From: Escherichia coli
Lineage (GTDB): Bacteria > Pseudomonadota > Gammaproteobacteria > Enterobacterales > Enterobacteriaceae
Length of the DNA: 64,000 bases
Strand: one strand, 5' to 3'
Assembly: GCF_003019035.1 (NCBI RefSeq)
Contig: NZ_CP027447.1
The translations under genes were made by a program, and so were the position numbers. This document shows, one piece after another, positions 24,082 to 39,778 of the stretch (positions within the stretch are counted from its first letter, which is position 1; every line of letters begins with the position of its first letter). The notes beneath the pieces are model-generated. The model ran no database searches and had not been told where the DNA came from. It saw only the letters and a list, made by a program, of their open reading frames with translations.

Positions 24082-25190
24082 TTTGGCAGCTTACCGACGA
24101 CAAACGCTGGTCGACGCTACGCCAGCGTTTCAGTTGGGTTGAGGAGATGCATCACACGCCACAAGACCCGGAGCATCATGGTGAAGGTGACGTCGGCGTG
24201 CATACCGAAATGGTGCTTAACGCCCTCGTTACTCAGCCAGAATTCCAGCAACTCCCCGCTCAACAGCAGGAAGTTTTATGGGCGGCGGCGTTATTGCATG
24301 ATGTTGAAAAGCGCAGCACTACCGTGCAGGAAAACGGACGTATTCAGTCGCCTGGCCATGCTCGTCGGGGCGAACTGACGGCCCGACAAATTTTATGGCG
24401 CGATATCCCAACGCCGTTCGTGCTACGCGAGCAAATTGTTGCGCTGGTGCGTCTGCATGGGCTACCGCTATGGTTACTGGAACGTCCGGAACCGGAGCGT
24501 TTGCTGCTTACAGCTGCAATGCGCATCGACACGCGTTTGCTCGCTTTGCTTGCTCGTGCCGATCTGCTTGGTCGCCAAAGCCCGGATCAGCAATCAATGC
24601 TGGAACGCATAGATCTGTTCGAGCTGTTTTGCCATGAGCAACAATGCTGGGGAAAAGCGCGCCCGTTCGTGTCTGATTCCGCACGCTGGCACTACCTGAC
24701 TCATGAGCAAAGTTCTACTGATTTTGTTCCCTGGGGGGCTGAACCTTTTGAGGTTATTTTGCTGTGTGGCTTACCGGGTATGGGCAAAGATCGCTATATC
24801 AGTGAACAGTGCCAGGGAATTGACGTTATCAGCCTTGATGATATGCGGCGGCGAATCAATGCTAGCCCGGATGACAAAACCGCTACCGGGCGTATTGTGC
24901 AACAGGCAAAAGAAGAGGCGCGCGTTTTTTTACGCCAGAAAAAGCCGTTCATCTGGAATGCAACGAACATTACCCGCCAGCTGCGTAGCCAGCTCATCAA
25001 TCTGTTTACGGCTTACGGCGCACGAGTAAAAATCGTTTATCTGGAAGTGCCATGGGCGCAATGGAAGCAGCAAAATGCCAGACGCAAGTATGCAGTTCCT
25101 GAAGCGGTCGTGATGCGGATGGCCTCAAGGCTGGAAGTTCCTCAACCTGATGAAGCACATAGCGTGGAGTATCGGGTGATTGAAAGGTAA
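24078..25190 (+). CDS. HD-domain phosphohydrolase fused to P-loop kinase (370 aa)
   Basis: N-terminal HD motifs ([17 protein letters not shown]); C-terminal Walker A-like GLPGMGKD; start overlaps upstream stop (ATGA), implying translational coupling with the ligase-like gene. Confidence 0.55.
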   Translation: MIWQLTDDKRWSTLRQRFSWVEEMHHTPQDPEHHGEGDVGVHTEMVLNALVTQPEFQQLPAQQQEVLWAAALLHDVEKRSTTVQENGRIQSPGHARRGELTARQILWRDIPTPFVLREQIVALVRLHGLPLWLLERPEPERLLLTAAMRIDTRLLALLARADLLGRQSPDQQSMLERIDLFELFCHEQQCWGKARPFVSDSARWHYLTHEQSSTDFVPWGAEPFEVILLCGLPGMGKDRYISEQCQGIDVISLDDMRRRINASPDDKTATGRIVQQAKEEARVFLRQKKPFIWNATNITRQLRSQLINLFTAYGARVKIVYLEVPWAQWKQQNARRKYAVPEAVVMRMASRLEVPQPDEAHSVEYRVIER

Positions 25191-25229
25191 AAAAACCGGG
25201 CGGTGGTGTCACCTGCCCGGCTTCTTTTG
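25189..25229. terminator. bidirectional intrinsic terminator between the accessory cassette and luxS
   Basis: A-tract, CCGGGC...GCCCGG stem-loop, then CTTCTTTTG. Confidence 0.7.
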
Positions 25230-25238
25230 TTCCACTGA

Positions 25239-25754
25239 CTAAATGTGCAGTTCCTGCAACTTCTCTTTCGGCAGCGCCAGTTCTTCGTTGCTGTTGATGC
25301 GCACGTCACGTTCCAGAATGTTACGCGCAATATCCTGCGCTTCCTGCAACGAGTGCATCTGGTAAGTGCCACACTGGTAGACGTTCAGTTCCGGGATCTG
25401 ATTCTGATCCTGCACTTTCAGCACGTCTTCCATTGCCGCTTTCCAGGCATCAGCGACACGCTGCTCATCTGGCGTACCAATCAGACTCATATAAAAACCG
25501 GTGCGGCAGCCCATTGGCGAGATATCGATAATCTCTACGCCATTACCGTTAAGATGGTTACGCATAAAACCAGCAAACAGGTGCTCCAGGGTATGGATCC
25601 CTCTTTCTGGCATCACTTCTTTGTTCGGCACGCAGAAGCGCAGATCGAACACGGTGATTGCGTCGCCATGCGGGGTGTTCATTGTTTTCGCCACCCGAAC
25701 TGCAGGCGCTTCCATCCGGGTATGATCGACTGTGAAGCTATCTAACAACGGCAT
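25239..25754 (-). CDS. luxS: S-ribosylhomocysteine lyase (AI-2 synthase)
   Basis: 171 aa; LuxS sequence with HTLEH metal-binding motif. Confidence 0.95.
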   Translation of the reverse strand: MPLLDSFTVDHTRMEAPAVRVAKTMNTPHGDAITVFDLRFCVPNKEVMPERGIHTLEHLFAGFMRNHLNGNGVEIIDISPMGCRTGFYMSLIGTPDEQRVADAWKAAMEDVLKVQDQNQIPELNVYQCGTYQMHSLQEAQDIARNILERDVRINSNEELALPKEKLQELHI

Positions 25755-25822
25755 TTAGCCACCTCCGGTAATTTTTTTAAAAATTTTCTGAACTCTTTCT
25801 TCCCAGGCGAGTCTGAGTATAT

Positions 25823-25895
25823 GAAAGACGCGCATTTGTTATCATCATCCCTGAATTCAGAGATGAAATTTTGGCCACTCACGAGTGGCCTTTTT
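25823..25895 (+). ncRNA. micA: Hfq-dependent small RNA MicA (SraD)
   Basis: Sequence GAAAGACGCGCATTTGTTATCATCATCCCTGAATTCAGAGATGAAATTTTGGCCACTCACGAGTGGCCTTTTT matches MicA as I recall it; terminator hairpin plus U-tract; luxS-gshA intergenic position. Confidence 0.85.
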
Positions 25896-25903
25896 CTTTT
25901 CTG

Positions 25904-27487
<1,584 letters not shown>

Positions 27488-27532
27488 TTAATTAGCATAA
27501 CTGTAATGGTGACCATATGTGCAGGCCTACAA

Positions 27533-27961
27533 TTAGTGCCACCACATCATGCCCTGAACGGTCGCTGCTGCAACTGCAACATAGCGTAACGCTTTACCAA
27601 GGCACAAAAAAAAGATTACCGGCCCCCAGGAGATGCGCATCCATCCCGCTAAGAGACACAGTAAATCGCCAACCACGGGCATCCAGCTTAATAATAGCGT
27701 GACTGCACCATAGCGTTTCAGCCAGCCGGTAGCTTTCTCTTGCCAGCGCGATGTTTTACGCAATGGAAAGAAACGCCCAAGGATAACGTTAGTTAACCCT
27801 CCAAGGCTATTACCCATTGTTGCTGTTAAAACTAAAACCCAGGGATGACTGATCCCGGAAAGCAACATTGCCACCAGCACGACTTCGGAGTTGCCGGGTA
27901 ATAGTGTAGCGCTGAGAAAACTACTGGCAAACAACGAGAAAAGCGATAACGCTTCACTCAC
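27533..27961 (-). CDS. yqaA: DedA/SNARE-associated family inner membrane protein
   Basis: 142-aa membrane ORF in conserved position. Confidence 0.85.
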   Translation of the reverse strand: MSEALSLFSLFASSFLSATLLPGNSEVVLVAMLLSGISHPWVLVLTATMGNSLGGLTNVILGRFFPLRKTSRWQEKATGWLKRYGAVTLLLSWMPVVGDLLCLLAGWMRISWGPVIFFLCLGKALRYVAVAAATVQGMMWWH

Positions 27962-28524
27962 AGCAAGCGAACATCCACAGCGTCCATGCCTGCTGCACGG
28001 GCCGCCTGAATACCGAAATCGGCATCTTCAAAGACCACACACTGCGTCGGTTGCACGCCCATACGCTGCGCGCACAACAAAAATGTGTCTGGCGCGGGTT
28101 TATGGTGTTTGACGTGATCGGCAGCAACGACGGCGTCAAAATAACGGCGTAATCCCAGGTGTGCCAGCAATGCCTCAGCGATGGCGCTTTCACTCCCCGT
28201 TCCTACAGCCATTGGGCGACGACCATGCCAGCTTTTCACCACTTCAACAAGAGGAAGCGGCTCGACACTATCCAGCAGCATACTTCTTACTGCTTCTGTT
28301 TTTTCACGCGCTAACGCATGCGGGTCGAGATCGGCCTGATTCAGCTCAATAATCGCCTGAGCAATACGCCAGGTGGGCGAGCCATTAAGCGCAATCATCG
28401 CCTGAACATCGTACTGAAGACCGTAGTGCCCTAATACTTCGCGCCACGCTTTACGGTGCGTAGGCTCCGTATCCAGGATTGTGCCATCCATATCAAAAAT
28501 TAAACCTGCATAACGCTCGTACAT
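27958..28524 (-). CDS. yqaB: HAD-superfamily sugar phosphatase
   Basis: 188 aa; HAD motif I DMDGT near N-terminus; 4-bp overlap with yqaA. Confidence 0.85.
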   Translation of the reverse strand: MYERYAGLIFDMDGTILDTEPTHRKAWREVLGHYGLQYDVQAMIALNGSPTWRIAQAIIELNQADLDPHALAREKTEAVRSMLLDSVEPLPLVEVVKSWHGRRPMAVGTGSESAIAEALLAHLGLRRYFDAVVAADHVKHHKPAPDTFLLCAQRMGVQPTQCVVFEDADFGIQAARAAGMDAVDVRLL

Positions 28525-28663
28525 GGTCTTCTCGCAAGTCGAAAAATATGACGCTACTTTAGCGTAATTGCTTGATTTTGTCGCTGACGGCGAAGGAGAA
28601 GAAAATTCAGGAAATGGATAAAGTAGTTATTTAGAAATGAGATATTTTTGAAGGAAATTTTTT

Positions 28664-28689
28664 GGAGAAGATGGTGCATCCGGGAGGAT
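28664..28689 (-). repeat. tRNA-Arg 3'-end fragment (26-bp direct repeat of argQ 3' end plus flank)
   Basis: GGAGAAGATGGTGCATCCGGGAGGAT occurs identically at 28664-28689 and at 28775-28800 (the true argQ 3' end); the first copy then diverges. Confidence 0.6.
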
Positions 28690-28782
28690 GACTCACTGGC
28701 GTTCGCCCTTCGGGCCGTTGCTGGCGTGCGGTTAATATCGCTACCTCTTCGATACTTTCATTGCTGAAGGTTACGGAGAAGA

Positions 28783-28859
28783 TGGTGCATCCGGGAGGAT
28801 TCGAACCTCCGACCGCTCGGTTCGTAGCCGAGTACTCTATCCAGCTGAGCTACGGATGC
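28783..28859 (-). tRNA. argQ: tRNA-Arg (anticodon ACG)
   Basis: Reverse complement reads GCATCCGTAGCTCAGCTGGATAGAGTACTCGGCTACGAACCGAGCGGTCGGAGGTTCGAATCCTCCCGGATGCACCA. Confidence 0.95.
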
Positions 28860-28921
28860 ATCGGGAAATTTATTTTACTGCTGATATTGATACCGCTACT
28901 AAAGCCATATCAAGTAAGAGA

Positions 28922-28998
28922 TGGTGCATCCGGGAGGATTCGAACCTCCGACCGCTCGGTTCGTAGCCGAGTACTCTATCCAGCTGAGCTACGGATGC
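28922..28998 (-). tRNA. argZ: tRNA-Arg (ACG), identical copy
   Basis: Identical 77-nt sequence; symbol assigned by position in the array. Confidence 0.9.
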
Positions 28999-29060
28999 AT
29001 CGGGAAATTTATTTTACTGCTGATATTTATACCGCTACTAAAGCCATATCAAGTAAGAGA

Positions 29061-29137
29061 TGGTGCATCCGGGAGGATTCGAACCTCCGACCGCTCGGTT
29101 CGTAGCCGAGTACTCTATCCAGCTGAGCTACGGATGC
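29061..29137 (-). tRNA. argY: tRNA-Arg (ACG), identical copy
   Basis: Identical 77-nt sequence; symbol assigned by position. Confidence 0.9.
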
Positions 29138-29201
29138 ATCGGGAAACTTACTTTACTGCAGATTTTTTGATACCGCCACTAAAGCCGTATCAAGTAAGAG
29201 A

Positions 29202-29278
29202 TGGTGCATCCGGGAGGATTCGAACCTCCGACCGCTCGGTTCGTAGCCGAGTACTCTATCCAGCTGAGCTACGGATGC
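29202..29278 (-). tRNA. argV: tRNA-Arg (ACG), identical copy
   Basis: Identical 77-nt sequence; symbol assigned by position. Confidence 0.9.
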
Positions 29279-29281
29279 AAA

Positions 29282-29374
29282 TGGCGGTGAGGCGGGGATT
29301 CGAACCCCGGATGCAGCTTTTGACCGCATACTCCCTTAGCAGGGGAGCGCCTTCAGCCTCTCGGCCACCTCACC
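29282..29374 (-). tRNA. serV: tRNA-Ser (anticodon GCU), long variable arm
   Basis: Reverse complement reads GGTGAGGTGGCCGAGAGGCTGAAGGCGCTCCCCTGCTAAGGGAGTATGCGGTCAAAAGCTGCATCCGGGGTTCGAATCCCCGCCTCACCGCCA. Confidence 0.95.
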
Positions 29375-29689
29375 ACACGCCTCTTACGAGTGCTTCGAAG
29401 AACTTGTTTATCGCTCATCGTCGCTGCGTGGCGCACATATTACTTTCTGAGACTTATAAGTCAAACAATTTTTCCCACACTTTTATCGTTTGCACACTTC
29501 ACGCTCAATTAGTCTGTAAAAACGTCAAAAAGAGTGTTTTATCAACAGAAAAACGGAGGTCTGACAGATAGCAGTAATGCAAAAAAATGGAGACTTAAGT
29601 TGAATGAACGGGAATAAAGCGAAAAGACAATGGAGTGAAAGAGAAATTTTGAGGGTGCGTCTCACCGATAAAGATGAGACGCGGAAAGA

Positions 29690-29875
29690 TTAGTAACTGG
29701 ACTGCTGGGATTTTTCAGCCTGGATACGCTGGTAGATCTCTTCACGGTGAACAGAAACTTCCTTCGGGGCATTTACGCCAATACGTACCTGGTTGCCCTT
29801 TACCCCTAAAACTGTCACGGTGACCTCATCCCCAATCATGAGGGTCTCACCAACTCGACGAGTCAGAATCAGCAT
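29690..29875 (-). CDS. csrA: carbon storage regulator (RNA-binding global regulator)
   Basis: 61 aa, [61 protein letters not shown]. Confidence 0.97.
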
Positions 29876-30109
29876 TCTTTGCTCCTTGAAAGATTAAAAG
29901 AGTCGGGTCTCTCTGTATCCCGGCATTATCCATCATATAACGCCAAAAAGTAAGCAATGACAAACACATTACATCTAAGCAGTCATGGCATTACATTCTG
30001 TTAAACCTAAGTTTAGCCGATATACACAACTTCAACCTGACTTTATCGTTGTCGATAGCGTTAATGCGAATGCCGTGAAGCGAGTCCACGGCATTGCCTG
30101 ACGCTTATA

Positions 30110-32740
30110 TTATTGCAATTTCGCGCTGACCCAGCCTTTCACACTGGCTAACGCTGCAGGTAAGGCCGCAGCATCCGTACCACCGGCTTGCGCCATGTCA
30201 GGACGTCCACCACCCTTGCCGCCCACCTGCTGAGCGACCATACCAATCAGCTCCCCTGCTTTCACACGATCTGTGACGTCCTTAGATACGCCTGCAATCA
30301 GAGAAACCTTACCTTCGACTACCGTTGCCAGCACGATAATTGTCGACCCCAGCTGATTTTTTAAATCGTCAACCATGGTACGCAACATTTTCGGCTCAAC
30401 ACCGCTAAGCTCGCTAACCAACAGCTTAACACCATTAACATCAATTGCCTTACTGGAAAGATTTGCGCTCTCCTGTGCGGCAGCTTGTTCTTTAAGCTGT
30501 TGTAACTCTTTTTCCAGCTGACGCGTACGTTCCAGTACTGAACGCACTTTATCAGCCAGATTATTGCTATCGCCTTTCAGCAGATGCGCGACTTCGCTTA
30601 AGCGATCACTGTCTGCATGAACGGTGGCGATAGCGCCTTCTCCGGTTACCGCTTCGATACGACGAACGCCTGCAGCAGTACCCGATTCAGAGATGATGCG
30701 GAACAGACCAATATCACCAGTGCGACTGGCGTGAGTACCGCCACACAGCTCGGTGGAGAAATCGCCCATGCTCAGCACGCGTACGCGCTCATCATACTTC
30801 TCGCCGAACAGCGCCATCGCACCTTTCGCTTTCGCCGCTTCGAGATCCATGATGTTGGTTTCAATCGGCAAGTTACGGCGAATCTGTGCGTTCACCAGGT
30901 CTTCGACCGCACGAATCTCTTCCGGTTTCATCGCTTCATTGTGTGAGAAGTCGAAGCGCAGCACTTTGTCGTTAACCAGTGAACCTTTCTGCGATACATG
31001 AGTACCCAGAACCTGGCGCAACGCCGCGTGCATCAGGTGCGTTGCGGAGTGATTCAGACGAATACGGGCGCGACGAGCCTCATCAACATCAGCCTGCACA
31101 GCGTCGCCCACTTTCAGAGAACCCGTAGCAAGTTTACCGATGTGACCAATCGCCTGGCCGTATTTCTGAGTATCTTCCACCGCAAAGGAGAAGTTAGCGC
31201 CTTTCAGTTCGCCTTTATCACCAACCTGACCGCCGGATTCCGCATAGAATGGCGTTTGATCCAGCACGACCACAGCTTCCTGGCCTGCATTGACGGCATC
31301 AACCGCTTTACCATCAACAAACAGCGCGGTCACTTTGCCGTTCAGTTCCAGATGGTCATAGCCTTTAAATTCAGATGCACTGTCAACACGGATCATTGCG
31401 TTGTAATCGGCACCAAAGCCGCTGGCTTCGCGCGCACGACGACGCTGCTCTTCCATTGCTGCTTCAAATCCAGCTTCGTCAACTTTGATGTTGCGCTCAC
31501 GACAAACATCAGCCGTCAGGTCAACCGGGAAGCCATAGGTGTCGTACAGACGGAAAGCAGTTTCACCATCCAGCGTATCACCAGAAAGTTTTGCCAGCTC
31601 TTCATCCAGCAACGCCAGACCGCGCTCCAGAGTACGAGCAAACTGCTCTTCTTCAGTCTTCAGCACCTGCTCAACCTGCGCCTGCTGGCGTTTCAGGTCT
31701 TCACCCGCAGAGCCCATAACGTCGATCAGCGGACCAACCAGTTTGTAGAAAAAGGTTTCTTTCGCGCCGAGCATATTACCGTGACGCACTGCGCGACGAA
31801 TGATACGACGCAGTACATAACCACGGTTTTCGTTGGACGGCATTACGCCATCCGCGATCAGGAACGCACAAGAACGAATGTGGTCAGCGATTACGCGCAG
31901 CGATTTATTGCTCAGATCGGTTGCGCCAGTGACTTTCGCTACCGCCTGGATCAGCGTGCGGAACAAGTCGATGTCATAGTTAGAGTTAACGTGTTGCAGC
32001 ACCGCAGCAATACGCTCCAGACCCATACCGGTATCTACAGACGGCTTCGGCAGCGGTTCCATCGTGCCATCGGCCTGGCGGTTGAACTGCATGAAGACGA
32101 TGTTCCAGATCTCAATGTAGCGATCGCCGTCTTCTTCCGGACTTCCCGGAGGGCCACCCCAAATGTGGTCGCCGTGATCGTAGAAGATTTCGGTGCACGG
32201 GCCGCACGGACCAGTGTCACCCATCTGCCAGAAGTTGTCAGATGCGTATGGCGCACCTTTGTTATCGCCGATGCGAATAATACGTTCGCGCGGGATCCCT
32301 ACTTCTTTTTCCCAGATTTCGTAGGCTTCGTCGTCGCTTTCATAGACGGTAACCCACAGACGCTCTTTCGGCAGGGCAAACCATTTTTCACTGGTCAGCA
32401 GTTCCCATGCAAACTGAATGGCATCGTGTTTGAAATAGTCGCCGAAGCTGAAGTTGCCCAGCATTTCGAAGAAGGTATGGTGACGCGCGGTGTAACCGAC
32501 GTTTTCCAGGTCGTTGTGTTTACCACCCGCACGCACGCAGCGTTGGGAAGTGGTAGCGCGGGAATAATTACGCTTGTCGAGCCCAAGGAACACATCCTTG
32601 AACTGGTTCATCCCGGCGTTGGTAAACAACAAAGTTGGGTCGTTATGGGGTACCAGGGAGCTGCTGGCAACTACCTGATGTCCCTTACTATGGAAAAAGT
32701 CGAGAAACGCCTGACGGATCTCAGCGGTGCTCTTGCTCAT
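30110..32740 (-). CDS. alaS: alanine--tRNA ligase
   Basis: 876-aa ORF; class II aaRS with C-terminal editing/DHHA1 region. Confidence 0.97.
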   Translation of the reverse strand: MSKSTAEIRQAFLDFFHSKGHQVVASSSLVPHNDPTLLFTNAGMNQFKDVFLGLDKRNYSRATTSQRCVRAGGKHNDLENVGYTARHHTFFEMLGNFSFGDYFKHDAIQFAWELLTSEKWFALPKERLWVTVYESDDEAYEIWEKEVGIPRERIIRIGDNKGAPYASDNFWQMGDTGPCGPCTEIFYDHGDHIWGGPPGSPEEDGDRYIEIWNIVFMQFNRQADGTMEPLPKPSVDTGMGLERIAAVLQHVNSNYDIDLFRTLIQAVAKVTGATDLSNKSLRVIADHIRSCAFLIADGVMPSNENRGYVLRRIIRRAVRHGNMLGAKETFFYKLVGPLIDVMGSAGEDLKRQQAQVEQVLKTEEEQFARTLERGLALLDEELAKLSGDTLDGETAFRLYDTYGFPVDLTADVCRERNIKVDEAGFEAAMEEQRRRAREASGFGADYNAMIRVDSASEFKGYDHLELNGKVTALFVDGKAVDAVNAGQEAVVVLDQTPFYAESGGQVGDKGELKGANFSFAVEDTQKYGQAIGHIGKLATGSLKVGDAVQADVDEARRARIRLNHSATHLMHAALRQVLGTHVSQKGSLVNDKVLRFDFSHNEAMKPEEIRAVEDLVNAQIRRNLPIETNIMDLEAAKAKGAMALFGEKYDERVRVLSMGDFSTELCGGTHASRTGDIGLFRIISESGTAAGVRRIEAVTGEGAIATVHADSDRLSEVAHLLKGDSNNLADKVRSVLERTRQLEKELQQLKEQAAAQESANLSSKAIDVNGVKLLVSELSGVEPKMLRTMVDDLKNQLGSTIIVLATVVEGKVSLIAGVSKDVTDRVKAGELIGMVAQQVGGKGGGRPDMAQAGGTDAAALPAALASVKGWVSAKLQ

Positions 32741-32868
32741 AATTATCCTGAAATCAAGCTAACGAAATATCGCTACCAGCCGTTGCGTGTCGTTAACCGC
32801 CCGGCTGGTAACTGAAAAGTGGGAATAAGATAAGTTTTCTTGACTGGGAAGTAAAATCCCGTATGCGT

Positions 32869-33369
32869 TCAGTCGGCAAAATTTCGCCAAATATCCTGGA
32901 TATCTTCCATCAGATAGCCACGATAGAGCAGAAAACGCTGGATCTTAACTTTTTCTGAAAAGGCAGTTGGCAAAGGTTCGCCATATTTTCGCGTCGCCTG
33001 ATCGCGCGCCAGTTCGCACCAGTCGATGTCACATTCACGCATCGCTTTTTCTGTCGCTTCGCGGGAAATACCTTTCTGATTCAGTTCCTGACGAATACGC
33101 GCAGGTCCATAACCTTTGCGACTACGACTGGCAATAAAGCGCGCCACAAATCGGCTGTCATCGAGATAGCCATGTTCATGGCACCAGGCGATAACCCGCT
33201 CGTAATCTTCTGCCGTAGCATCAATCTCTTCCGGGCCATTTTTGCCCATAATCGGTGCCGCGAGTTTACGCCGCAGTTCTTGCTCACTGTGATCGCGCAC
33301 CGCCAGAATGCGTACCGCACGATCCAACAGGCGAGCATATGCCGGGCGACGGGATGTTGATTCTGTCAT
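32869..33369 (-). CDS. recX: RecA regulator RecX
   Basis: 166 aa immediately downstream of recA. Confidence 0.95.
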   Translation of the reverse strand: MTESTSRRPAYARLLDRAVRILAVRDHSEQELRRKLAAPIMGKNGPEEIDATAEDYERVIAWCHEHGYLDDSRFVARFIASRSRKGYGPARIRQELNQKGISREATEKAMRECDIDWCELARDQATRKYGEPLPTAFSEKVKIQRFLLYRGYLMEDIQDIWRNFAD

Positions 33370-33387
33370 GGCATATCCTTACAACTT

Positions 33388-33417
33388 AAAAAAGCAAAAG
33401 GGCCGCAGATGCGACCC
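33388..33417 (-). terminator. partial intrinsic terminator between recA and recX
   Basis: Minus-strand hairpin GGGTCGCATCTGCGGCCC followed by TTTTGCTTTTTT. Confidence 0.6.
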
Positions 33418-33437
33418 TTGTGTATCAAACAAGACGA

Positions 33438-34578
<1,141 letters not shown>

Positions 34579-35076
34579 TCAAGTGTTTTGTAGAAATTGT
34601 TGCCACAAGGTCTGCAATGCATACGCAGTAGCCTGACGACGCACCGCATCACGGTCACCGCTGAAGCATTCCCGCCGGGTAATGCCTTCACCACGGGCAG
34701 TGGCAAAAGCAAACCAGACGGTGCCGACAGGCTTCTCTTCACTGCCGCCATCCGGCCCGGCGATACCACTAATAGACACAGCATAATCAGCACGAGCCGC
34801 TTTCAGTGCGCCTATCGCCATTTCCACCACGACAGGCTCGCTCACCGCGCCATGCTGCGCCAGCGTCTCTTCACGTACGCCGATCATTTGCGCTTTGGCT
34901 TCGTTACTGTAGGTGACAAATCCGCGTTCAAACCAGGCGGAGCTACCGGCAATATCGGTAATCACTTTCGCTACCCAACCACCGGTACAAGACTCAGCAG
35001 TTGTTACGGTTGCGCCACGGACTTTCAGCGCCTGCCCAACCTGTTCGCTTAACTGCATCAGTTCACTGTCAGTCAT
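34579..35076 (-). CDS. pncC: CinA-like NMN amidohydrolase
   Basis: ORF 34579..35079; start at MTDSELMQLSEQ (165 aa). Confidence 0.9.
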   Translation of the reverse strand: MTDSELMQLSEQVGQALKVRGATVTTAESCTGGWVAKVITDIAGSSAWFERGFVTYSNEAKAQMIGVREETLAQHGAVSEPVVVEMAIGALKAARADYAVSISGIAGPDGGSEEKPVGTVWFAFATARGEGITRRECFSGDRDAVRRQATAYALQTLWQQFLQNT

Positions 35077-35220
35077 CACAACCTCTGTCAGTCATAAATT
35101 TATGCCGGACAAGATAGCACTTTCGTCAGGAAGATGGTGTTGGCGTTGCAATTTTACGAGGAGGATTCAGAAAAAAGCTGATTAGCCAGAGGGAAGCTCA
35201 CGCCCCCCTCTTGCAAATAG

Positions 35221-36306
35221 TTACTGCACGCGCGCCAGCGCCACGGCTTGTCCTAACTGCCAGACCGCCATTGCGTAATGGGTGCTGTGGTTATAACGGG
35301 TAATGGTGTAGAAGTTCGGCAGACCGTACCAGTACTGGTAACCTGTTCCAACATCCAGACGCAGCAGGCTGGCTTGTTGATGGTTGCCCAGCGGCTGCTG
35401 TGGCGTTAAACCTGCCGCGGCAAGTTGTGAAATGCTGTACTTGGTTTTGAAGCCATTTGGCAAGCCTGGAGCCTGACCGTTTGCCATCACCGCAACCTGA
35501 TCACCTTTCACCCAGCCGTGCGCTTTGAAATAGTTCGCCACACTACCAATGGCATCAACCGGATCCCACAGGTTGATATGCCCGTCGCCGCTGAAATCTA
35601 CCGCATATTGTTTGTAAGACGACGGCATAAACTGTCCGTAGCCCATCGCCCCGGCAAAGGAACCTTTCAGATTGAGCGGATCGTCCTGCTCATCGCGCGC
35701 CATCAGCAGGAAAGTTTCCAGCTCGCCAGAGAAATACTCCGCGCGGCGTGGGTAGTTAAATGACAGCGTTGCCAGCGCATCGAGGATACGGGTTTTCCCC
35801 ATCACGCGCCCCCAACGGGTTTCAACGCCGATAATCCCGACGATAATTTCCGGCGGTACGCCATACACCTGCCACGCGCGATTCAACGCATCTTCATACT
35901 GATTCCAGAAAACCACACCATTCTGCACGTTGTCCGGCGTAATAAATTTTTTGCGATAACGCAGCCATGCGCCGTTCGGACCTGATGGCGGTTTCACCGA
36001 TGTGGTTGGTGCCTGGTTATCCATCAGCCGCAGTACCGAATCCAGACGTTTCGCCTGAGAGAGAATTTCCTGCAACTGCTGACGATCGAAACCGTGTTTG
36101 TTCACCATTTTGTCGATGAACTGCTGGGCATTCGGGTTATTGGCGAAGTCACCGCCCATCTGCATCACATTGTGCTGCGGCTCAAGCAGGAAGCCGCCAG
36201 ACGGCGTTCCGGTGGTCGTTTCAGTCTCAGTAGGTTTTGGCTTGCTGCTACAGGCGGCAAGCAACACAAAAAGGGGAAGCAATGTTACATAACGACGCTT
36301 GAACAT
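35221..36306 (-). CDS. mltB: membrane-bound lytic murein transglycosylase B
   Basis: ORF 35221..36411; start at MFKRRYVTLLPLFVLLAACSS (lipoprotein signal), 361 aa. Confidence 0.9.
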   Translation of the reverse strand: MFKRRYVTLLPLFVLLAACSSKPKPTETETTTGTPSGGFLLEPQHNVMQMGGDFANNPNAQQFIDKMVNKHGFDRQQLQEILSQAKRLDSVLRLMDNQAPTTSVKPPSGPNGAWLRYRKKFITPDNVQNGVVFWNQYEDALNRAWQVYGVPPEIIVGIIGVETRWGRVMGKTRILDALATLSFNYPRRAEYFSGELETFLLMARDEQDDPLNLKGSFAGAMGYGQFMPSSYKQYAVDFSGDGHINLWDPVDAIGSVANYFKAHGWVKGDQVAVMANGQAPGLPNGFKTKYSISQLAAAGLTPQQPLGNHQQASLLRLDVGTGYQYWYGLPNFYTITRYNHSTHYAMAVWQLGQAVALARVQ

Positions 36307-36544
36307 GAGGGGTCCATTTAACAGATTCAACCAGGGGCAAGTATGGTAAAGCATCCCGCCCCGCACAAGGAAGCGGTAGTCACTGCCCGATACGGACTTT
36401 ACATAACTCAACTCATTCTCCTCACTACCTTCTTTATATAAACTTTCAAAATAAAATATTTATCTTTCATTTTGCGATCAAAATAACACTTTTAAATCTT
36501 TCAATCTGATTAGATTAGATTGCCGTTTGGTAATAAAACAATAA

Positions 36545-38082
<1,538 letters not shown>

Positions 38083-38092
38083 AGGCTGAAAC

Positions 38093-39247
<1,155 letters not shown>

Positions 39248-39292
39248 TTAACAGCGGAGATCCGTTAAGGATCTCCGCGAGACTAATAGAAT

Positions 39293-39322
39293 GCCTGATG
39301 CGCTACGCTTATCAGGCCTACA
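39293..39322. repeat. REP element downstream of srlD
   Basis: GCCTGATGCGCTACGCTTATCAGGCCTACA; preceded by a GCGGAGATCC-GTTAA-GGATCTCCGC hairpin at 39255-39279. Confidence 0.6.
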
Positions 39323-39352
39323 GGACTTCCGCCACTACATTAAGGAGAAGTT

Positions 39353-39712
39353 ATGGTATCCGCACTCATCACCGTCGCCGTTATCGCCTGGTGTGCGCAA
39401 CTGGCCTTAGGCGGCTGGCAAATTTCTCGTTTTAACCGTGCCTTCGACACACTATGCCAGCAAGGGCGGGTTGGCGTGGGCCGTTCCAGCGGGCGCTTTA
39501 AACCGCGGGTCGTGGTCGCCATCGCCCTGGACGATCAGCAGCGCATCGTCGACACCTTGTTTATGAAAGGACTGACCGTCTTCGCCCGACCGCAAAAAAT
39601 TCCCGCAATTACCGGTATGCATGCGGGTGATTTACAGCCCGATGTGATCTTTCCCCATGATCCACTATCACAGAATGCTCTATCATTGGCGCTTAAACTG
39701 AAACGTGGATAA
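39353..39712 (+). CDS. gutM: glucitol operon activator
   Basis: 119-aa ORF in conserved position. Confidence 0.88.
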   Translation: MVSALITVAVIAWCAQLALGGWQISRFNRAFDTLCQQGRVGVGRSSGRFKPRVVVAIALDDQQRIVDTLFMKGLTVFARPQKIPAITGMHAGDLQPDVIFPHDPLSQNALSLALKLKRG

Positions 39713-39778
39713 TTTCGTTGTGAATGTTACTTGCTTGCGAAGTTATCATTTTGAAACCTAAATCAGGTAATCACGCCC

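Noticed and set aside
25245-25745. 166-aa plus-strand ORF
   Set aside because: Antisense to luxS, whose identity is secure.
28783-29278. Regularly spaced identical repeats resembling a CRISPR array
   Set aside because: The repeats are full 77-nt tRNA genes with cloverleaf sequence and CCA ends, the spacers are near-identical to each other, and no cas genes are nearby.
28761-29571. Two long plus-strand ORFs (114 and 216 aa) with repetitive sequence
   Set aside because: They are translations across the tandem tRNA-Arg/tRNA-Ser array; the internal repeats reflect identical tRNA copies, not a protein.
30998-32815. 605-aa plus-strand ORF
   Set aside because: Entirely antisense to alaS (876 aa, unmistakable aaRS sequence); a long antisense frame of low-complexity composition with no start context.
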